Positions 29,851-38,552 of a stretch of DNA of 49,738 bases are shown here, piece by piece; the first letter of the stretch is position 1; every line of letters begins with the position of its first letter. The DNA lies in contig JANOVK010000216.1 of assembly GCA_031417315.1 (NCBI GenBank), positions 1 through 49,738 of the forward strand, read 5' to 3'. Both the position numbers and the translations under genes were made by a program. A model generated the notes under the pieces. The model was not told where the DNA came from. It saw nothing but the letters and a program-made list of their open reading frames with translations, and made no database searches. This DNA is from Chitinophagaceae bacterium. GTDB taxonomy: Bacteria > Bacteroidota > Bacteroidia > Chitinophagales > Chitinophagaceae.

Positions 29851-31008
29851 ATGCAGTCAAATTTTGATAAATGCTTAATCACATTTCTTGATGTGAAAAT
29901 AACAACTAAGGTTTCAAGATTACTTATCTTGATAACTTTTTATTTCTTACTCTCTCAATTCACATTTTGTGTAAAAAAGGGATTTCCTACTTTACCCGAA
30001 ATAAAAAATAGCTTGGGTAGTGGTACTAATTTATCGTGGTATGAACACACCTGGTCATCGCCTGAAACCCTATTAAAAGCTGATGTTGCAGCCAAATTAA
30101 CACAGATAGCAAATCAAGGATTCAAGACAGTTAGATTACCTGTTGCATTTGATTTATTTGTTTATCCTAACTCATCAACACTACAACCAGAGCTTTTAAA
30201 AAAGCTAAAAGAAATTTATTATACTTGTTATAATTTAAAGTTGCATTTAATTATTACATATCACTACGGAATTTTTGATGAGAACAGTTTATACAACGAA
30301 GAAATAAATCATGTGTCATGGCTTTGGAAGCAAGTACAGCAAGAGTTTAAGGGTCATGGATATGATTATCTTTTTTTTGAATTATATAATGAACCAACTA
30401 TGGGAGCATTTCGCTGGAAGCTTACCGTTGAGAAATTAATTAGTTATATTAGGCAAGAGGATCCAAGTAGAATATATATTATTGGTGGTACAAATTATAA
30501 TGGATTAAATGATTTAATTGAGCTTGGAAAACTAAAAGATGAAAAATTATTTTACACTTTTCATTTTTACGAGCCTTATATTTTTACACATCAAGGTGCA
30601 GACTGGACAATTGATAAAACTTATATGAAAGGATTCCCCTATCCATATAGAAGAAAAAAAATGCCACCAATGAGTAAGGATGCAATTGGCACTTCTGTTG
30701 AAAAAGATTATACAAAATATTATTACGAAGGCACTAAACAATATATAACTAGTAGGCTAAGGGAAGTAGCTGGTTTTTGTTTAAGAAACAACATGCCACT
30801 TATATGTACAGAGGCTGGAGTTATTGATATTGCTGATGTTGAGTCGAGAGCAAACTATTTAAAAGATATTACTTTAAGTATGCACGAATATAGAATTCCA
30901 TTAACATTATGGGACTATGATCAAAGATTTAAAATATTAAAAGACTCAACAACATTATTTAAAACTTTACAGCCATGGATAAGGAAAAGTAAAAGAGGTA
31001 CTAAATAA
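29851..31008 (+). CDS. Glycoside hydrolase family 5 (cellulase/mannanase-type), secreted or membrane-anchored
   Basis: GH5 acid/base motif FFELYNEP and nucleophile context LICTEAG. The hydrophobic N-terminus is RLLILITFYFLLSQFTFC. An alternative in-frame GTG at 29893 would give MKITTKVSRLLIL..., which looks more like a signal peptide. Confidence 0.8.
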   Translation: MQSNFDKCLITFLDVKITTKVSRLLILITFYFLLSQFTFCVKKGFPTLPEIKNSLGSGTNLSWYEHTWSSPETLLKADVAAKLTQIANQGFKTVRLPVAFDLFVYPNSSTLQPELLKKLKEIYYTCYNLKLHLIITYHYGIFDENSLYNEEINHVSWLWKQVQQEFKGHGYDYLFFELYNEPTMGAFRWKLTVEKLISYIRQEDPSRIYIIGGTNYNGLNDLIELGKLKDEKLFYTFHFYEPYIFTHQGADWTIDKTYMKGFPYPYRRKKMPPMSKDAIGTSVEKDYTKYYYEGTKQYITSRLREVAGFCLRNNMPLICTEAGVIDIADVESRANYLKDITLSMHEYRIPLTLWDYDQRFKILKDSTTLFKTLQPWIRKSKRGTK

Positions 31009-31013
31009 TAATT

Positions 31014-32321
31014 TTAATTACATCTATAAATTTCAGCACCTAAGGCACGAAATCTTTCATCAATTTTTTGGTAACCTCTATCTATTTGTTCAATGTTTTG
31101 AATAACACTTTTTCCTTCAGCACTTAATGCTGCAATTAATAAAGCTTGCCCTGCTCGAATATCAGGACTGCTCATCGTTATTCCACGAAGTTTATTTTTT
31201 CTACCTAAGCCTATAACTGTTGCCCTATGTGGATCGCAGAGAATTATTTGTGCACCCATATCAATTAATTTATCAACAAAAAACAACCTGCTTTCGAACA
31301 TTTTTTGATGAATTAATATACTTCCTTTTGCCTGTGTTGCTATTACTAAAACTATACTTAATAAATCTGGAGTAAATCCTGGCCAAGGATGGTCGTACAT
31401 TGATAATACACTTCCATCTAAAAATGTTTGAATTTCATAAACATCTTGTTCTGGAATATAAATATCATCTCCTTTTATTTCAAGTTTAATTCCAAGCTGC
31501 TGAAATTTTTCGGGTATCATTCCTAAATGTTCAACACCTGCATTTTTTATTGTTAAACTACTTTGTGTCATAGCTGCTAAGCCAATAAAACTGCCCACTT
31601 CAATCATATCTGGCAGCATGGTATGATTGGTTCCATTCAACTTTTCAACACCATTAATAATTAACATATTGCTACCAATACCTTTAATATTAGCACCCAT
31701 TCGAACTAACATTTTACATAACTGTTGAATATAAGGTTCGCATGCAGCATTATAAATTGTTGTTTCGCCTTCTGCTAAAACCGAAGCCATTAAAATATTT
31801 GCAGTACCAGTAACCGAGGGCTCATCGAGTAACATAAATGCACCAAATAATTTATCAGCTTTTACAATAAAAATATTTTTTATATTATCGTAAATAAAAG
31901 TTGCACCCAATTTTTCAAAGCCAATAATATGTGTATCTAATCTTCTTCTTCCAATTTTATCTCCACCTGGTTTTGGAATAAACGCTTTTTTAAATCTTGC
32001 TAACATTGGCCCAGCAAGCATTACAGATCCACGAAGCATTCCACCTTTTTTTCTAAACTCATCGCTTGCTAAATAATCAATATTAATATTATCTGCTTTA
32101 AACGAATAAGTATGAGCATCAAATTTGTTTACTACAACGCCCATTTCTTTTAATAAATCAATTAAAAGATTTACATCAATAATATCTGGTATATTAGAAA
32201 TAATAACTTCTTGTGCAGTTAATAAAACTGCACTAATAATTTGCAAGGCTTCATTTTTTGCACCTTGAGGAATTATGGTTCCACTTAACTTTTTACCTCC
32301 TATTACTTCGAAACTTGCCAT
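31014..32321 (-). CDS. murA: UDP-N-acetylglucosamine 1-carboxyvinyltransferase (Asp in place of the fosfomycin-target Cys)
   Basis: EPSP-synthase/MurA fold motifs (QGAKNEAL, KPGGDKIGRRRLDTH), 435 aa. Residue 121 is Asp (codon 31959-31961). Confidence 0.95.
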   Translation of the reverse strand: MASFEVIGGKKLSGTIIPQGAKNEALQIISAVLLTAQEVIISNIPDIIDVNLLIDLLKEMGVVVNKFDAHTYSFKADNINIDYLASDEFRKKGGMLRGSVMLAGPMLARFKKAFIPKPGGDKIGRRRLDTHIIGFEKLGATFIYDNIKNIFIVKADKLFGAFMLLDEPSVTGTANILMASVLAEGETTIYNAACEPYIQQLCKMLVRMGANIKGIGSNMLIINGVEKLNGTNHTMLPDMIEVGSFIGLAAMTQSSLTIKNAGVEHLGMIPEKFQQLGIKLEIKGDDIYIPEQDVYEIQTFLDGSVLSMYDHPWPGFTPDLLSIVLVIATQAKGSILIHQKMFESRLFFVDKLIDMGAQIILCDPHRATVIGLGRKNKLRGITMSSPDIRAGQALLIAALSAEGKSVIQNIEQIDRGYQKIDERFRALGAEIYRCN

Positions 32322-32377
32322 AATGATTTATTGAAATTTTTGCAATTAAAATACAAATTAAAAATAAGAATTAATAA

Positions 32378-34240
32378 TTACCATTTAGTAAACATTCTAT
32401 CTAAATAATCTTCCTTAAATTCTATAAAAGTTGGATTTCCAGATGCTGTGGTGTTAGGTGTTTGACACTTAAATAAATCTTCAATTAAATGATGGATTTC
32501 TGTTTGAGATAATTGTTGTCCTTCCTTTATTGCGTTTTGTTTGGAAAAGCAACGAATTAATTTTTCCCTTTTTCCAAATTTTATATCGCTACTAAAATGT
32601 TTAAATTGTTCTAATAATAATTCAATACTATTTTTTTCATTACCCTGCGAAACGTCTGCTGGCGTTCCTTGTATTACAAAGTTGTTGTTACTCACAAAAT
32701 CAATATCATAGCCTAGTTCATTAATATCAAGTAATAATTCTAATAACAAAATAGTATCGGTTGGAGCCAATTCAATTTTTATTGGAAACAAACTTTTTTG
32801 AGTAATAGATTTTTTATTGTTTAATAACTTACTATACTTTTCATATAAAATTCTTTCGTGTGCTAATTGCTGATGAATTAACATAAATCCACTTGGTGTT
32901 GATGAAATAATATATGAATTATGTAGTTGAATATTTATTGCATGAAATGAATTGAAAGTTGATTTATTTAAAACCTGAAATTCACTAGATTCAAATTCAA
33001 ATTTTTTGCCTTCTTCAATTGTTTTTTTTCTGTTCTCTTCAATAGAATGTGAGGGTACAAAAAAATCTTTCCAATGTTTTAATTCACTTTTTTGTGTTGG
33101 CTCAATAAAATGTGCTTGATTTTTTTTTGTAAAAGTTTTAAATAAAGTAGAGGTTGATGCTGCTTCTCTTATCTCATCTGTAAAAGGATTATTAACTGCA
33201 TCGAGACTTTGAATATTGGCGTTTAAAGTAAAATCTAAACTTGGTGCAATACTGAATTGAGCTAATGCATGTTTAACTGCAGCTTGTACAAAAGCATATA
33301 CAATTTTTTCATCTTCGAATTTTATTTCTTGTTTTGTTGGATGAACATTTATATCTATTTGCTCTGGGTCTAAATCAATAAATAAAACATAACTTGGATA
33401 ACTATCTTTTGACAATAAATTTTCGCAAGCAGAATTTACTGCATGATTTAAGTAAGCACTTTTAATATATCTATTATTTACAAAAAAATACTGATCCCCT
33501 CTTGTTTTCTTTGCTGTATCTGGTTTTCCAATAAATCCATATACATTTAAATAGTCTGTATTTTCTTTTACTGGAACTAATTTTGAATTATAATTGTTGC
33601 CTAAAATTTGTAGTACCCTTTGTTTTAAATTTCCAATTTCTAGATGAAAAACTTCTTGACCATTTGCATTTAACGAAAAGAAAATATTTGGATACGCCAT
33701 AGAAACTCTAATAAACTCTTCAACAATATGTTTCATTTCTACTGCATTGCTTTTTAAAAAATTTCTGCGTGCAGGAACATTAAAAAACAAATTTTTCATA
33801 CTAATACTAGTACCAGTATTAAATGCACAGGGTTCTTGTTTTATTACAATACTATTTTCAATTTCAATATAAGTACCAATTTTATCGCTATCCTTTTTAG
33901 ATTTTAATTCCACTTGAGCAACAGCAGCAATGCTGGCTAAAGCTTCTCCTCGAAACCCCATTGTTTTAATTCTAAATAAATCATCAATTTTTTTTATCTT
34001 GCTTGTTGCATGACGCTCAAAAGCCATTCTAGCATCAGTTTCACTCATTCCAGTTCCATTATCTATTACCTGAATTAAGTTTTTACCTGCATCTAAAACA
34101 ATCAATTTTATTTCTGTTGCTCCAGCATCAATAGCATTTTCCATTAATTCTTTTACAGCACTCGCTGGTCTTTGTATAACTTCTCCAGCTGCAATTTGAT
34201 TAGCAATATTATCTGGCAATAAGTGAATAATGTCGGCCAC
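32378..34240 (-). CDS. mutL: DNA mismatch repair protein MutL
   Basis: GHKL ATPase N-terminus (IAAGEVIQRPASAVKELMENAIDAG, DNGTGM, GFRGEAL). 620 aa. GTG start at 34238-34240. Confidence 0.95.
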   Translation of the reverse strand: MADIIHLLPDNIANQIAAGEVIQRPASAVKELMENAIDAGATEIKLIVLDAGKNLIQVIDNGTGMSETDARMAFERHATSKIKKIDDLFRIKTMGFRGEALASIAAVAQVELKSKKDSDKIGTYIEIENSIVIKQEPCAFNTGTSISMKNLFFNVPARRNFLKSNAVEMKHIVEEFIRVSMAYPNIFFSLNANGQEVFHLEIGNLKQRVLQILGNNYNSKLVPVKENTDYLNVYGFIGKPDTAKKTRGDQYFFVNNRYIKSAYLNHAVNSACENLLSKDSYPSYVLFIDLDPEQIDINVHPTKQEIKFEDEKIVYAFVQAAVKHALAQFSIAPSLDFTLNANIQSLDAVNNPFTDEIREAASTSTLFKTFTKKNQAHFIEPTQKSELKHWKDFFVPSHSIEENRKKTIEEGKKFEFESSEFQVLNKSTFNSFHAINIQLHNSYIISSTPSGFMLIHQQLAHERILYEKYSKLLNNKKSITQKSLFPIKIELAPTDTILLLELLLDINELGYDIDFVSNNNFVIQGTPADVSQGNEKNSIELLLEQFKHFSSDIKFGKREKLIRCFSKQNAIKEGQQLSQTEIHHLIEDLFKCQTPNTTASGNPTFIEFKEDYLDRMFTKW

Positions 34241-34259
34241 TAATAATGTATTAAGTGTA

Positions 34260-37200
34260 TTAAAGTTTAATAATTTTCTGAGTAATTTGTGCTTCTTTTA
34301 ATAACAAACTTATTTGGTATAATCCAGCATTTAAATAAGAAACATTAATTTTATTTGTCTGAAACCCTTTTCGTAACTCGATTTTATTTGAACTAACTAT
34401 TCTCCCATATAAATCTGTTATAAGTATTGTTGCAAATTCTGACTTATTTGAATTTATATTTAAATTAACTAAATTATCAATTGGATTTGGATAAATACTA
34501 AATGCATTGATTTCGCTTTTTGTAATATTTATAGAGCTCACCTTAGAATATGAATATTTTCCATTATTATCAATTTGTTTTAATCTATAATAATTTATTC
34601 CGTTAAATGGATTTTTATCATTAACAAAATATTCATTAATGGTAGACTGATTTTTTGCTATTACTGAATCCAAACTATAAAACTCTACACCGTTGCTTGA
34701 TTTTTCTACAATAAAATTTTTATTATTAATTTCATTTGTAGTTCTCCAATGTAACTGAACAGTTCTATTATTATTTAAATTAGCTTGAAAAGATAGTAGT
34801 GTTACAGGCACAACGCCTGTTTTTGTGTACCATATAGGTGATGTAATTGTTCTATTGCCAGCAATTGTTATATCTGCATAATAATAACCTGTAGAACCTT
34901 CAGGTATTAAGTTATCTGAATAAAATAAATTATTTCCACTCATAGATGAAATTTGAATAGGCAAATTTCCTGTGCCAATTGTGCCATACATTAATTTAAT
35001 AAAAGGAGTTGCAACTGAGTTTGATGGATCTATAGCATAAACACTTATTGCAGGTGCATTAGAACCAGAAATGATACTTCCCATTACTTCATTATTAATA
35101 GTAAAATTTACTCTGGTATCACAATCTTCTGTTGCATAAAATCTTCTTGCTTTCATTGCCCCATAAAAATTTAAACTATTAAGTGCAGGTGCAATTACAG
35201 CTAAACGATTATTATTACTTCTACCAAAATTTGTGTTATGAGAATCATGATCCATTAATGGTCCAATGTGATATCCTTTAGAAAGCATTTTATTATAAAA
35301 ATCAATATATCTCATTGATGTTGGAGGATCGCTATAGGTTGTATTTGTAGAAAATGCTGGTCCACTTGCTATTGCAGATCCAACAACAGCACTATCTGCA
35401 GATGCATTATAAGAAATATTTGATAAGTTATTATAATCTGCAAAATCGGGATGAGCAAATGTGGCAAAAGCATTTAGCCCACTATTATTTAAATTATTTA
35501 TTGTTCTAAATAAACCTGTAGTTGAAGTAGATTCTGGCGAACCTATATAATCACTCTTTGGAACATAAATATTATAATTACCGTTTTCCCAACCTATTAA
35601 ACTATTTGTACCATAAATTAAAACATGTCCTCCATTTGCAATAACGCCATATTCCATTCCATACAAAGCTAAAAAATTAGAAGATGTTGCTGCTGCTGCT
35701 TGATTTAAACCTGGTTGAAAATTTGATAATAGCATATTTGCACCAGAGTGATTATGATCTGAAATACCTAAAAAATCCAAACACAAAGAATTTTTTGCAT
35801 AAGCATAATTATCAGCTGGAGTGAAAGATGTATTATCTACATTGCCATCAGAATAAGATGAATGAGCATGCAGATTACCAAAATAATAATTATATACTGA
35901 AGATGATGTTGTAGTGGTATTTGCTGTTAATGGATTTAATGTTTGATACATTGGCGATGTGCCTGTACAAATATTATTTCTAGAAAAAACAAAATAATAA
36001 TATTGAGTAATACTAGTTAATCCATTATCTAAAAAAGAACTTGAAGTATTATTAGAAACAACTGTTCCATTGCCAATTATATTTCCAGCTACATAATTTA
36101 TTCCATTTACTGGTAAACTTGATAATGTTGTCGATAAACTTCTAACTACTAAATATCCATCTGCAACTGTAGTAACAAAATATCCATTTACAGAATTATT
36201 TGTAGCCGTTAAATTTAATTGCGTAGGCTGTGCAATTGGTGCTACACAAATTGGTAAAGAAAAAGTTGTAGCATTTGAAGTAAGGGGCAACACTGTTCTA
36301 TAAGCAGGACCATTATTACAATTTTGGCTTTGTATTGCAAAAACATAAAAGAAATATTGAGTGCCACTTATTAAATTTGATGAAGTAAAACTGGTAATCG
36401 AAGTTCGCGTAACTACTGTACCATTACCCAAAACATTTCCACCATTATATACAGTTCCATTATTTAAAGTGCCGGTAAAAGTTGAAGATAAAGATCGAAT
36501 AACTAAATATTCATCTGTATTTAAAGCTGCATCAAAAGTTCCAGAAATGCTTGTTGTAGAAATGCTATTAAAAATTAATGAAGTAGGTTGTGCTAACGGT
36601 GCAACACAATTTATTGGACCAGATAAAGTAGTTGCAGATCCCACCATTGCTGGTAAATTAGAATAAAGTGGCCCACCTGTACAAGCATTGTTCATAGAAA
36701 AAACAAAGAAATAATATGTTGTAGAATTTGATAAACCCGTTGCTGTTACTGTATTTCCACTGGTAATTGAAATTACAGTTCCATCTCCTAAATTATCTCC
36801 TAAATTATAATTATAAAAATTTACAGGGTCGGAACTTAGCAAACTATTACTGCTCATAACTACTAAATAATTATTTGGAGCTGGAGAAGCTGGAGAAAAA
36901 GAAAACTGAATTGAATTATGTAATACTGTATTTGTAAAAAATCCAAAGGGCTGTGCAGTTGGCGTAGTACATGGTATTGTTGGCAATGCAGTTACTTTTA
37001 TATTATCTAAACTAATTCTGGGTCTTGAACCTCCCGTTCCACCAGTACCATTTGAATAATAAAATCGTAATCGAGCAGATGATGAACCACTAAAATTAGC
37101 AGGCAATGCAATATTACTAATGCTTCCAGAAGTTGGGCTATTATTTGTAAAATTTAAAACCTGTGCTAAGGGTAGTTCTGTAAAACTAACGCCATCAATA

Positions 37201-37679
37201 GACCCATAAACTCTTAAAGACCCTTTTCTATCTCCTGTACTATTATTTAACGAAGCCCAATCAAAACTAATCGTACCAGCATTTACAGTTGTGAAATTTA
37301 AAAAAAAATCAATTGCAATTGAAGAAGTGTTATCTGTTGTTCCAGATGAAATCATAAAAACAGATTGAGAACCTCTATAAAAACCAGAGCTATAAAAAGT
37401 TCCTCCGGGTGTTTGAAAAAAAGTAGAAGCATTTGTTATTCTTGTTCCATTAGGAATAGATCCAACTCCACCCACATCAATTCCTTTCCAAGCCGAAGCA
37501 CCACTTCCAGAAACAAAATTTCCATCTGCTGGTAAACTATTAAATATCCAATTACTAATATCAGAAAAGTTTTCTGTGTATGAAAGACCAGATTGAGCAG
37601 CCATATTAACTGGCGTTTGAGAAAATGCTTGATTAACCATGTAGAAAAACACAATAAATACTAATGTCATTTTTTTCAT
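34260..37679 (-). CDS. 1139-aa T9SS-secreted multidomain protein with three tandem FN3-like modules and a PHP metallophosphoesterase domain
   Basis: Signal peptide MKKMTLVFIVFFYMVNQAFSQ. Three modules of about 115 aa follow. PHP motifs are NLHAHSSYSDGN and ISDHNH. The C-terminal Por/T9SS sorting domain reads FSIYPNPIDNLVNLNI...GLYQISLL...KIIKL. Confidence 0.8.
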   Translation of the reverse strand: MKKMTLVFIVFFYMVNQAFSQTPVNMAAQSGLSYTENFSDISNWIFNSLPADGNFVSGSGASAWKGIDVGGVGSIPNGTRITNASTFFQTPGGTFYSSGFYRGSQSVFMISSGTTDNTSSIAIDFFLNFTTVNAGTISFDWASLNNSTGDRKGSLRVYGSIDGVSFTELPLAQVLNFTNNSPTSGSISNIALPANFSGSSSARLRFYYSNGTGGTGGSRPRISLDNIKVTALPTIPCTTPTAQPFGFFTNTVLHNSIQFSFSPASPAPNNYLVVMSSNSLLSSDPVNFYNYNLGDNLGDGTVISITSGNTVTATGLSNSTTYYFFVFSMNNACTGGPLYSNLPAMVGSATTLSGPINCVAPLAQPTSLIFNSISTTSISGTFDAALNTDEYLVIRSLSSTFTGTLNNGTVYNGGNVLGNGTVVTRTSITSFTSSNLISGTQYFFYVFAIQSQNCNNGPAYRTVLPLTSNATTFSLPICVAPIAQPTQLNLTATNNSVNGYFVTTVADGYLVVRSLSTTLSSLPVNGINYVAGNIIGNGTVVSNNTSSSFLDNGLTSITQYYYFVFSRNNICTGTSPMYQTLNPLTANTTTTSSSVYNYYFGNLHAHSSYSDGNVDNTSFTPADNYAYAKNSLCLDFLGISDHNHSGANMLLSNFQPGLNQAAAATSSNFLALYGMEYGVIANGGHVLIYGTNSLIGWENGNYNIYVPKSDYIGSPESTSTTGLFRTINNLNNSGLNAFATFAHPDFADYNNLSNISYNASADSAVVGSAIASGPAFSTNTTYSDPPTSMRYIDFYNKMLSKGYHIGPLMDHDSHNTNFGRSNNNRLAVIAPALNSLNFYGAMKARRFYATEDCDTRVNFTINNEVMGSIISGSNAPAISVYAIDPSNSVATPFIKLMYGTIGTGNLPIQISSMSGNNLFYSDNLIPEGSTGYYYADITIAGNRTITSPIWYTKTGVVPVTLLSFQANLNNNRTVQLHWRTTNEINNKNFIVEKSSNGVEFYSLDSVIAKNQSTINEYFVNDKNPFNGINYYRLKQIDNNGKYSYSKVSSINITKSEINAFSIYPNPIDNLVNLNINSNKSEFATILITDLYGRIVSSNKIELRKGFQTNKINVSYLNAGLYQISLLLKEAQITQKIIKL
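35910..36971 (-). repeat. Three tandem repeats of about 345 nt (about 115 aa) inside the T9SS cargo gene
   Basis: Modules span aa 237-351, 358-472 and 478-590. Each begins C-x-x-P-x-AQP, contains YLV(V/I)xS...GNGTVV...(Y/F)(Y/F)F(F/Y)VF, and ends ...TT. Confidence 0.7.
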
Positions 37680-37801
37680 TCTATTGAATTATACTTTTTT
37701 TTAAGGTTACAAAAATAAGTACTAATAAATTTCTTCTCTGTTAAAAACAAAAGCTATTCATATCTAATTGCTTATTTTAGCAAGGTTTCAAAAAAATAGT
37801 T

Positions 37802-38533
37802 ATGCAAAAACAAACTTCATCTTGGTTTAGCCCTGTATTAAATAAAGAAATGCCAATAGTTAGCTATGGCTACAATGGTTTTGCACTTTTATTAATTCCC
37901 ACAGCTGCAGCAGATTATTTAGAATACGAACGTTTTAAAATGATTGATGCATTGGCACCATTTATTAATAATGGGAAAATGAGAGTATTTAGTATTGATA
38001 GTATTAATAACGAAAGTTGGTTAAATAACGAAATGAAACCCGAACATAAAGCCATTCGACAAAATCAGTTTAACGATTATGTGTTTAATGAAGTAGTTCC
38101 TTTTATAAGAAACAACACTAGCCAAGAAACTTTTATTTATACCTGTGGTGCAAGTTTTGGTGCTTTACATTCTATGAACTTATTTTTAAAACGACCCGAT
38201 ATAATTAATGGTTGTATATGTATGAGTGGTGTGTACGATTTAACTGAATACACTAAAGGATATTGGGACGAGCAAGTTTATTTTAATAGTCCTTTTCATT
38301 ATGTGCCTAATTTAACCGACCCCTGGTTTTTCGATAAAATAAAAGCCAGTCATCACATACATATTTATACTGGCTCTGGTAGTTACGAAGATCCTGAAGC
38401 TAATAAAAAATTTAGTCAAGTACTTTGGGATAAAGATATTTGGCACGACATTGATATTTGGGGACCCGATGTTTCACACGATTGGCCAACTTGGAGAGCC
38501 ATGTTACCCTATATTATTGAAAAAAAGTTTTAG
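37802..38533 (+). CDS. Esterase-family alpha/beta hydrolase
   Basis: 243 aa. Nucleophile elbow GASFG (CGASFGALHS) and a C-terminal HDW block typical of the putative-esterase family. Confidence 0.65.
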   Translation: MQKQTSSWFSPVLNKEMPIVSYGYNGFALLLIPTAAADYLEYERFKMIDALAPFINNGKMRVFSIDSINNESWLNNEMKPEHKAIRQNQFNDYVFNEVVPFIRNNTSQETFIYTCGASFGALHSMNLFLKRPDIINGCICMSGVYDLTEYTKGYWDEQVYFNSPFHYVPNLTDPWFFDKIKASHHIHIYTGSGSYEDPEANKKFSQVLWDKDIWHDIDIWGPDVSHDWPTWRAMLPYIIEKKF

Positions 38534-38552
38534 TTATTAATTTATTTTTTGA

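Noticed and set aside
34260-37679. The PHP motif as a sign of a DNA polymerase-related or histidinol-phosphatase housekeeping gene
   Set aside because: The protein has a signal peptide and a T9SS sorting domain and has no polymerase or HisB-like regions. It is an exported enzyme, not a replication or biosynthesis protein.
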